Positions 49,101-61,100 of a DNA stretch of 64,000 nucleotides are shown piece after piece. How positions within the stretch are numbered: position 1 is the first letter of the stretch; every line of letters starts with the position of its first letter. The translations under genes were made by a program, and so were the position numbers. The stretch comes from Lytechinus pictus (taxonomy: Eukaryota): contig NC_087255.1 of assembly GCF_037042905.1 (NCBI RefSeq), positions 21,700,001 to 21,764,000 of the forward strand, in the 5' to 3' direction. The notes under the pieces are model-generated. The model searched no databases and had not been told where the DNA came from. It worked only from the letters and a program-made list of their open reading frames with translations.

Positions 49101-52100
49101 GATTGTTCATCATTATATTATATTAATAATTGTAATACATAATGTGGCATCTCTTCATAATGCACACGTGTTATCTAGGTAAGATATTGAATCACTGCAG
49201 TGGATGCACTTTATAGCATTGCCTTACAACTGCGAATTATGACCACTTCATCGCCACCAATTACAATTATCTACAAAATGAACCAGTCTCCTTCTGTTAT
49301 TTGATTTACATTTTGGAAATAAAATATGTATGATACAAATTTTCTCTTTACGTAAGTTCAATATCTAAATCAATTCTCATTAACGAATGGGGAGAGGTCG
49401 ACAGCCAACGCTTTGAATCAAAAGCGAACTGAGAGGCTATCGAGCCTTATAAAAGAGCAATCGATTTATATCTTTATCATGAGGTAACCAAGTAACGTGT
49501 CCTATACATACATGTTGTTTTGGTTTCTGAACTACTATTATTCAATTCAATGCAATTCAGTTAAGCATTTATTTCTTCCGATTGACTTGTCATTTAATTT
49601 CATATGAAATATACAAATCAATGATATAGTCATAAAACAAGATCAGTTATGTATATGGAAGAAGGCATAAGAACCCAGAAAGCAGGCGCTTGTATCGGGA
49701 TACAAAAGCACACAAGTACTGGATGATATTCAAACATTTTACAATAATAAACAATTAAATGAAAGATAATCAGTTCGAAATCATATTGTGGTGGGAATCA
49801 TCAATTCACTTGCCTTGGTTAAAGGGTGGATCCAGGATTTAATTAGTGGTACCATGACATTTGCTCCGGCGACTCATTTGCTCCGCTCTAAATTCCACAC
49901 ACCAATCGAACGACTTCAACCCTGGGTTTATTATTCCCTATATACACTAAACCTAACATGAAACCCTGTTGCAACCCTAACCCTATACATCTTAGACGAA
50001 ATCAAACCCGGAGCTATATCGTTGCAGGGTCGTGTCACCTCATTAATATAGGTGGGGGGGGGGGATAAAAGCGAGCCCATTAGTTANNNNNNNNNNNNNN
50101 NNNNNNNNNNNNNNNNNNNNNNNNNNNNNNNNNNNNNNNNNNNNNNNNNNNNNNNNNNNNNNNNNNNNNNNNNNNNNNNNNNNNNNNNNNNNNNNNNNNN
50201 NNNNNNNNNNNNNNNNNNNNNNNNNNNNNNNNNNNNNNNNNNNNNNNNNNNNNNNNNNNNNNNNNNNNNNNNNNNNNNNNNNNNNNNNNNNNNNNNNNNN
50301 NNNNNNNNNNNNNNNNNNNNNNNNNNNNNNNNNNNNNNNNNNNNNNNNNNNNNNNNNNNNNNNNNNNNNNNNNNNNNNNNNNNNNNNNNNCCATATCTAT
50401 TCATTCACTTATTGATTGATTTATTCGTTATTCATTCATTAACACACTTCTCTGGTCGATGTATTAACTCATTGATTTACTTATTTATTAACTACAGTAT
50501 TCAATTTATTCATTTCAAATTAATATTTCAACAAGATAAAATAGCAACTTAATGTATACATAATAATGTCAAATCAAACAGTACTTACTTGTATATTTTG
50601 ATCCATCCTTTTAATTTTAATATCATAACTCTCATCTTTTCCTTTTTCTTTTAGAAAATCTTTACCATTATGAAATACCAGACTTAGTTTCTGTAAATGA
50701 TATTCAAATATTTACAAAATATTTTTGCGACTAAATTTTCACTTAATCTTGCGAGTAAGAATAGAGTAGTTGGCTTATGTCCTAAATGCTTGCTCTGCTT
50801 GCTTTAAAGAAGGATAGTTCTACAAATTAGCTAGAAAATTACAGACACGGAGGTAAAAATAGAATTATCAAATCGGACAGGCGAAAGTTGCTGAGAAAAT
50901 TAAGTTGATATCAAATTTAAAGAGATAGGAAGTGAGAGGTCAAGGTCTATTTTCGTTTAAAAAGGCCTATAGGCCACTTTTTTCTTTCTTTGGTGCACAT
51001 ATCATTGATTGGAACAAGCAGAGGTTTCTTGTCACGGTATAGCGGGAAGAGTCAACCAGAAGTCCACAAGTCCACAACTCGCCTCCCCCTCCCCCACGAT
51101 CAAGTCGGTCTCTATCAGTATCATGTCTATATACATACATATTCGAAACTTCTCGAGGTTGCCACGTAAACATGGCAATGATATTCACTTTTGTGGAATA
51201 CACATTTTTTAACCCGCTTAGTGAAGTTCGTAACACCCAGGCGTACAAAGGGGGGGGGGGGGGGGGGTTGTGGGGTAATTTCCCTCAAAAGTTCCAACAC
51301 CAAGTAAATAAGGGAGAAAAGGGAAAAAAGGAAAATGAAAAGGATGAAATGTGATATTATTTTCTAAATATATTTTCAAAATCTATCACATAATAGGTTT
51401 CCTACTTTAAAGGTATAACATTTTTGCACTCTCGCTTCTCTCGCTCGCGAATTTTTCAAAATTTTGTTCTATATACCATGTTTGTCCTCTCATTTTTTTC
51501 GGGCTGATTACGCTACTGCTAACCCACTCTTTAACATGACTATTTTTTTTAAATATTCTCTCTTTACCCCGACTCCCCGAGAGTTCATATTTCACTCTTG
51601 TTTCAGCTTCCCGTTGAATGTAAAAATTTGAACATTTCTTTAACGCTTTTTAATGAATTTTTAACGCCTTCTTCTAATCTTCCACATATTGTATCTACAT
51701 TCATTGTTTTATTTATATATATCATTGATTTGTATATTTTAAATGAAATTGGATGAAATTTCAATCGGAAGAAAATGAATGTTAAATAGATTAAATATTC
51801 CTGTTTTCAGCCTAATCTCTCTCTCTCTCTCTCTTAAATAAAAACAAACATACCAATGTTTATGTTTGTGATAATTTGCTTATATAATACATGTAAATAC
51901 TTTGTTTTACTAATGGAAAAAAAAACTAAATTGTACTTACCTCAATTTATATAGTTTGTTTTAGTTTCATTGCAAATGTCATTGTAATTATATACGACCA
52001 TGGCACTCCTTTGTTCTGTTGAAAATGAAATAAAACAAATTGGAAAAAAATATAAGGAAGGGATGAAATACTTTTCTATTGCGGCTTCACCCTTTATTGC

Positions 52101-55100
52101 ATGTAATTAAAACAGAATTAGAATAATGCATTGTATATCGCAATCACCTATTTTTAGTCAAATCGATTGTGTATGGGTAAGTCAAAGTCTATGCAACCAT
52201 TGATTTACACATGAAAGACACCTCGAGACATTGAAACGTAAGCGATCGGCTAGGTTCAGCCTTGACTTCTACGAGACTGACAGCGTGTAATCCAATTGAA
52301 CTTATCGATCGGAATTGAAATGTCTGTAATTAAATGACAAACCGTATTTGAAGTTGGTTTGATTATTGAATTAACCTCTCTCGTCAAATTGAGCAGGACC
52401 GGCCGATAACAGGCGAGTTTTCTAATCATATATGTTGGATGTCCATTAGAGAAACGGGGTGTCAAACATCCGAGAACGTCTGTAAAGATCGAAAAATATA
52501 AACAAAACAAAAACGGGATCCCTCTAAATTAGCAAACAATGATATTCGGTATGAGAGAGGCAAAAAATCAAATTGGAAACGGTACAGGGTGGAGCATGTA
52601 CTGTACGTGTTTGAGTCTGTTTGTATAGTGCCAAGCCTGTATGCATGACTGGACGCTTAATTCATCAATTTATTGCATTTCATGTTCGCATACGAATGTA
52701 GAGGGATGAGGGTAGTTACCCCTCCCCAAACGCATTGTAAATAATTTCGTTTCTATAATAATTTCACACCTTTATATATATATATATATAAATAAAATAA
52801 ATCAACGAGTTCTGCGCCGGCGTCATAATGTAGAAACAAAAGAAGACTTAATAGAAACGCCGTGAGGAGACATAATCTTCCGAATTTTCGGTCAAAGACC
52901 TTCNNNNNNNNNNNNNNNNNNNNNNNNNNNNNNNNNNNNNNNNNNNNNNNNNNNNNNNNNNNNNNNNNNNNNNNNNNNNNNNNNNNNNNNNNNNNNNNNN
53001 NNNNNNNNNNNNNNNNNNNNNNNNNNNNNNNNNNNNNNNNNNNNNNNNNNNNNNNNNNNNNNNNNNNNNNNATGAAGAGAACAATAGTAGGCGTAGCTTA
53101 AATTAAGGTTCCCCAGAGTTATCTGGCCTTTGGAAAAATTGGTGATGCCGAAAAAATGTCTCTGCCGGGAATCGAACCCGGGCCCCCAGCTTTGAACGCC
53201 GGTGCCTTAACCACTAGACCATAGAGACGGGTTAGTGGCAAGGGCGACCCAGATCCGATTGACCGTCAGTTAAACAGATTTTCAATAGTATAACAAATAT
53301 AATTTCCTTTGTCGGCCCATTCTAATTAAACGCTTTTTTCGGCAAAAATGAACATGAATGTTTTGGCAAAGCGAACCCTTAAAAAAAACTTGTACGGACT
53401 TATAACCTACATGTCAACCCTACAAGAATAGGGGTTGATTATTTTGATAAAATGGAAAGTCAGTTAAGGACAAATTTGATGACTTTGCATGTTTTATGGA
53501 ATCAGTATGAATATCATCAAATTAAACAAAAGGAAGTCAATCGATAAAAAAAAATCAAATGAATATAAAAAAGGATATCGGATGAAAGCAGAAAGCAGAT
53601 CGTCATCAGCAAAGATGAAGAACCCCATCATTTTATCACGCTAGTAGTCAGATCAAAGAAGACCATACAATTTCATTTGAACTATAAAGTAATTGGACAA
53701 ATTACCTAATTCTTATCTCGATTATGCCGAAAGGGTTCCAAACGGGTAATTTCATTCACCTTTTCAAAGCTTTAACTGGGGCAATTGCATAAAAAGTATT
53801 AAAAACCCATCTACATTCTGACTACCAGTATATACATAAACCTTCGATGATCAACTGAAGTACTGGGACCATTTACGAAGCCATATCGCAGGCTGCAGGG
53901 GAATAGAATGTGTCTCATTGTCATTAATTTAATACGATCGATTGTCGTAAAGCTATAAGGTCTGTTGAATGCTTCACTTAGCATTTTAATTTCCGTAATA
54001 GGTCCCCGGGCTATAATTTAGCACACTGGGGAATAATTTTGCTTCTACCTGTTTTGACTAATCGCAATGATGGTACCGGGGATACAGTATATGAATATTG
54101 TAATATTATATTATTGAAAACGAAATAATAGTGCATATAAATGTATATTTATTAATAAAATCGATGGACAGATTTGGGGTTTACACACCCCGTGGAATTT
54201 TAAGGCAAAAAAGAAAACAAGAACACTTTAGAATTAAAGAGCTTTACTGATCACGTCGCCACTTAATGTTTTGTTTTCTTGGAAAAAAACATTGTCCTTT
54301 GCACCCCATGTTTCGTTCTGTAAGAATTGCCCGATTGGAACGACGTCTACTTTAAGAGTCGGATTCTGCCTAAAGAAAAGATTTACAGCCTTAAAAAATA
54401 TAAATAGTACGTAAAGAATGATAAACAACTTAAAACAATTGGTGATAAATTCATTCTATCAGAAACTGTCAATCCGCGGATATTACTTGTATGACACTCT
54501 TGCAGACAAATAACCTCTATTTAATGAAAGAAAAAGATCATTCATTCATTCATTCATTGATTTAATTCATTTATTAATTAATTCATTCATTCATACATTC
54601 ATTCAGCCATTCATTCTCTCTAAAACCCGAAATGTTAAATCAACATTTGAAAGGTTGGAGGTGTGAAAACCTTTTCCAAATGTTCAACCTTGCATAAAGC
54701 TGAATCCAACATTGCAAGTGTTGGGTCAAAACATCTAAAAGTGGAAAATGCAACCATCAGAACAGGTTGTCACTCTTCCAACCATTCAAAACATTACAGT
54801 TTTTAGAGTGTTCATTCCTTCATTCCTTCCTTCCTTCATTCCTTCCTTCCTTCATTCATTCAATCATCCATCCATCCATTCATTCAATTCCGTGCAACAA
54901 AATTACAGATACATTTAATTCAGCATGAGAATTGATTTGTGAAATTTAACAAAATAGGGAAGCTAGCATTCGCAATAATTAGGCAGAAAAAATGCTCCAT
55001 GATCCTGGATTTTGAAACAATCAATCAAATATACCGTTAGATACTGTGAAAAATGATTACAAATCTTAAATGCTGCAATCGTTGTCATATCGAAACATGA

Positions 55101-58100
55101 GTGTTAAATATTTCGATTTAAGAGTTGAAATTCATGCAATGGACTCCAGTGGCAAACTCTCACACACAAAAAAAAGTAATAAAGAGAGTAATGAATTTTC
55201 CGTTACGAATCTTCGAAGATTCAATAATTATATTACATTTGATGGCCCAGAATTGAATACCAGAAATATTCCAAGAGTTTGGGCATGAATCGCAGATGAG
55301 TGGAATATCGGGCCATTAAGACTTATTTCATGTTGAGTTAATCAATCCAGACAAAAATACATGTTTATATCTTGTCGCCAAAACGCTTCATTCAGGTATT
55401 AATATTGAAAATAATATTCATTTTACCTATTTTATATTATTGACTCATTCATTAAATTTCATTTTCAGTTCGTTATTTGGTTGTTTATTTGTTTCTTTAT
55501 TCTATCTATTCATTAATTAACTTCCCCTTTTCAGTCATCTATCTATTTATTTGTGTTTTTCGGGTTTTATTATAATTACCTATTAAATCATCTTGGCCTA
55601 CCGATATTTATTTTTACGTATCATTTTAATAATGTGTCTATCTGTTCCATTGTATGGTACTTGTGGGTGGATGGAGAAAAACCAACAGGTATTACACCAA
55701 CACACCTTTAGCTAATAGGACATTGCCCTCCAGATCCCTTGGGTAATTATATTGATACATTACATTCATTCTACTCTGCAATTTATTCTAAAATCTAATT
55801 TATTAAAAGGTTCTGCTAATAATTTGTAATCATATGGGTTCAGTATATGCGAGCTCTTAATCATTTTTCATGCAAAACAAAATAAAGAAAACATGACTTG
55901 ATAAAGCACAAGTGGAAAGTGGTCCCTGAATGTGTTAGGATTCATCGGGGCTACTAATCATTCGATTTTTTCCATCTAGATTTTTTGGGTACTTTAAGTC
56001 CCCTATTCTGGAGACGGGTTTGATTCAAAATCTGGTTTAAATCTGTGGTTTAACTGTGGATAGCCAGTAGTGGCATAAAATCTCTAACAGTAGAATTTCA
56101 ATGTATTAGCTCATCTTCTCTCAAACCATAACTGTTTCAGAAGGATAAATAAGATAGCATTTTCACCTTTGACGAGTTATGTAAGAGCACAGTTAACATA
56201 ATAAACATACAATGTAAGCAAATTTTTGACATTTTGGCTTTCCATAATTTAAGCACATAGTTAGACCGTGGTCTAAAATAAATCTGACTTCAGAATACGG
56301 GCCCAAGTGTTTTTTTTTTCTACGTTGAATTTATTACTGATTTAGTGTTTTATTCATATTGTTATTAATGTTATGTTTACTATGTTTTGGCGATCCAGCA
56401 TCACAGGTTTCTTATAACCTTCATGGAAAACCACGTTATTAATTTTGCATCAACTCATACAAATTTCGATGTTATTTTGTATAATTTAAAAAATCTTATT
56501 TGAATAAAGAAAGATTGAATAGAATTGAATTAATCAATGGCATTGGTGTATATCTAAATTTAGTTGGCAGTCTCATCATAATCAATGAGAGTAAGTACTT
56601 CTTGTCGTCTATATCCACTATTTTAACTTTTCGATATCAAATTTCACAATAATAGGGCAAAAGTTCTAAAGAAGGAGAAAAGAAGGAGTTAATTAATGGG
56701 ACTTCTTGTGAGAGATATGGGAATCAATGTTTTAGCCCTTTTTTCAGATTTTTTTTAATGTGGGTTAAGTAAATATGCCATCTTCTAGATAATTTAATAA
56801 ATATGAATTTTGAGGTGATATAAATTGATTGCATTGGTTCATAGAATCGCCATTTTAACACAGGTTTATCACTATTTTATTTCAATTAATATGAATCAGC
56901 GTAAGGAAAATGATTAAATTTCTCTACGGATATATGTATACTCCAGGGATTTGCAAACGCCAGGTTTACAATTCATCCTATCCAATATGGGGTTATGATA
57001 ACATTCCTGATATTAAAAGAAAGTACAAGATCGCTTTCCTTGGACACTTGATTGGCACTGTGACCTGGATATTTCTTCAATTATCAATTATTATTTTATA
57101 TAAGGACTAATTAAGTTAAGTCGATTGCGATATCAATTATGGATATCATTTCACTCCAGGCATGACGATCAATTTGTTCACCAACCACCATACCAACACG
57201 ATAATGATAAAAAGTCCGTGAAAACGGGGTCAAACGCTTTCGCACCTTCAGCCTTTCCTCTCTCTCTCTCTCGCTCGCCCTCTCTCTCTTACACACACAC
57301 ACACACCCTTTCACACACCCCACCCACTCCCTCTCTCACACACACCCTCACTCTCTTCAGACGATCACGTTAGGTTGTCATAGCAACAGACGCCATATTC
57401 TATATTGAAGTGCGATGTACCATGTCGAAGTGTATGCTATTATGAACACGACACTGGAATATAGAGGATCGGGGATTCGAGCTTCGACCAGAAAATATTT
57501 TGAGAAGACACTTCTTAACACGATGTGTCCAATTGAAATATGTTTCCTCGCAGTGATTGTACCCAGAAAATGGAAATAGTGAACAACGGTGGAAATTTAC
57601 AACACAAAGATATGAATGATAAGATAATGTATACTATAAATCACAATTTGATAATAAGCGGCTTCAACATCAGCATTTGAGGCTTTCGGATAAATCGCCG
57701 AGTTGGCATTTTCATGAGAAAAGTAGTTAACTCACTTTTTTTTGTAAATTTGTTACTTGCACTTCACTTTATTTTAATATTTAACACGATATGTTGATGC
57801 CTGTTGAGCCCAAATTTATTGTAAGGTGATTTGGAGATCACCGTTGATCACTAAATTTGCCTGACTTTTTAAATTTTTATTTATTTATTTATTTTATTTC
57901 CAGGCAAAAGACAACAAGAATATATACAAGAGGAAGAAATTACAACCGACTAGTGCCTGAGGATGACTAAAGAAAAACTGGTTTCTGTTATGAAGCTCTT
58001 CTCACTAGTCGGGGTTTACAAATATCCAAAATAAAATCGACCAGAAAGGTTTTGGTCGTTTAAAGTTGCGTTTCTTTGAAATAATTGATGATTAGTATCA

Positions 58101-61100
58101 AGGGTCCCCATATTTTTATGATTCCCAAGCTTCGATCTATTAAAGTATATAGAAAGACTAATGTCAAAGTAACAGCACTTTCTGATAGATAAATGATTAT
58201 CATAACTTTAATGATAATTGGATGTAATGAATGTTTACACGATCATTATCATGTTAGCAAATATGATGAATTCCATTACTCAAAGTACACGACGTGCCGG
58301 GAGGACTACAGTGAGCTGTACATGTGGGACTTATCAGCAAGATGTCCCGAACAACCTTTTTCAAACACAATTAGTTGAAAACCAATCCAATTTATATCAA
58401 TACAATGGCAATTTTCAGTATGAATGATGACAATAAACTAGCGATTAACGGTTTAATGCTCTTAATATTAAAAGCCTGAAAGTCCTTCACTAAAAGCGTC
58501 ATTGGATACAAGTCATTAATAATATATCATTAAATTGATTGCCTCCCGCAAGCCGCCTGCTGTGATGATATTAATTAATCACCGGGCAAGTATGCCCTTT
58601 GTTATATTTAGGAGATAGAGAGGATGAGACAGAATAACACACTGGCGGATCCAGGGGGGGGGGGGGGGGCACATCCGGCCCCTCCCTCTTTTGAGAGGCA
58701 TAATCAAAATTTGTAATGTAAATATGCAGTTCTAACAGAAATGTGCCCCCCCCCCCCTTTGAAAGCGAGGACCTCTTTTTTTTTTTTTTTTTTTGCTCGT
58801 CAAATTTTCTTTGGACGAAATGACGCTCAACTTTAGGTAAAAACCTTTTGGAAAATCCTGGATCCGCCCCTGGAATAATTACCAGGAAAAAAATTCAGTT
58901 TAATAATAATCAATATGTTTATGTACTAACGTATCCCTCCACAAGTTTTTGCTCTCAGGGACTTACGCCTTCCTCTATAAACATAACTTTTATATATCTA
59001 TAATTCTTTATGACTTGATCACAAATTGAATTTGTATGAATCCATGCTTACACATCGAAGACATTTTTGTAATGGAAGAAAATAAATATGAAATAAAATG
59101 AAAGTAATAAAAAAGAAAGATTTCTTATAATTCGGTTAATTGAAAGTCAATCTAATAGATTGTGGTCAGGGACCAATGTAAAATTGGATCAAAAGTTTCA
59201 ATCGAATAAGATGGAATTCTAAATCTATTAGATTTAAAAGTTTAATCTAACTTTTGATTGGTTCCTGATCGCAATCTATTTCAATGTAAGAAATTTAGAG
59301 AGTGAATACATTCAGAAATATTTTTTTATCAACTCCAAAATTTGTTTAGCTATGGGCCCATAACAAGTGTTAATTATAAAACAAAATTGCAAGCAAAATG
59401 AATTGATATTTTTCAACCAAAAGTTGGTCGGTTCGTACTTTTAACCAACTTTTGGGTTGGTTGAAAATATTTCTGAGAGAAGTGCAACTGTACACTTTGA
59501 TAAAGTGGATTTTATTATTTATTATTTAATATCAATGAGGTAATCCAGATTAATTTCTACAATATAGGACAGTCATGAAAGACGAATCTACAGATAGATT
59601 GCTAACTTAATATACATAATTTACACCAGTTTTATGAACGAATCCACATTATTATTTTTCGCTTGAAGTTCCCATACTCAGTGTTGTTGCCAAGTTTGCA
59701 GGTGTCAATATATGGCTTGGAAGGGCGGAAAATAAGATAGAGAAAATGGAACGAAGGAGTAAGGGGGAGGGGTGGAAGGTAGATGAAGGGTGGGCGAGGG
59801 AGAGAGTGAGAGGGAAAGGGAGGTATAAGAGGGTGTGTGTGTGGGTGTGAGGGTGTGTGTGTGTGTAAGAGAGACAGAAAGAAAGGGGGAGAAATGGAGA
59901 GAGAGGGAGGGGGCAGGGGGTAAAAGTGGATGTTTAGGTATGATATGGGGAGAGGATAAAAGAGAAAAGGACAAGATATCGCTGCCTGGATAACAGTTCT
60001 GTCGACGATTCATTATTATTTCAATATCGAGAAAACAATTATAATCATTTATCTTTTATATATGGATCATTTGCCAAACGTGATATCAAAGACAGACTTA
60101 CTACCGTGGATGACTCATAATTTAATCAATAATTGTTCGATAAAATAATGTTAGGGTGAGCATATATATTGGTGTGCTTAATGCCAAATTTCAAACCTTT
60201 CCAAAGTTTGACCTCTGTTCGCCGTTTCTAAATAAGAAAAAAAAAGATATTATCTTATGATTAATCATCTATTATACTACAATGAGCCCATCGACGAAAA
60301 CTGACATACGGATATTAGTGTGGCCGTGAATTAGCCGGCGAAAGCCGGTGAAGCAGTGATATCCGAATGTTATGGGACACACAAACGGATATTAAAAATT
60401 GAAGCAACGTTAATCAAAATAACGATACAAAATACACCACTGTTTGTATAATGAATGTCTGGATTTCATCATGATTTCATCTATTGCTGTTATTTAACTG
60501 ACACTTGCTGTTTTTTTTTTCATTATTTTCATTAATGTTAAACCGCACAGTGTCTTGGCCCCATCTTCATCTGATGTGGAACAATTTTTTGGACCGGGAA
60601 GGGGAGGGGCTTTGTTTCATAACACTTGCTCTAATTGCTTTGTTTTGATTTCTTTATAATTCGTTGTATATTTTGTTTGATAATTATGAGTTATTTTATT
60701 TGTTTCAACAGTGTATTTGTCCCATTATAATGAACATCTGAAATGGGCTTTCAGCCTTTTCATCTAAATTTTTATACTTTTCAATTTGTATGTTTAAAAT
60801 ATATCTTTTGTATCATACGGAAATAAGACAAAAACAACAACAACATGAATAGCGAAATCTATGGTTACAAGGAGAGTGGGGGAAAATTGGCTTTCAGTCA
60901 ATTAATGGGTAGTTTCAGACAGTAACGTGGTAGCTAGTAACTTTACACCATTTGCAAAATTATGGAACATGTCCGGAAAAGAGATGGCTGCGGTTTGAAG
61001 CCCAGTGCAACATCATGCATATAAATTGCTTTCATTTAACCAGACAAATGTAAGCCCACTTTCTAGGCATTACTCTGCGAATGGTGTGAAATGGCTACTG

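Noticed and set aside
47291-53101. ORFs containing long X runs
   Set aside because: They span assembly gaps.
57416-57800. Short ATG ORFs after the X-box as an alternative signal-peptide exon
   Set aside because: They terminate without a convincing phase-1 donor compatible with the 61531 exon.
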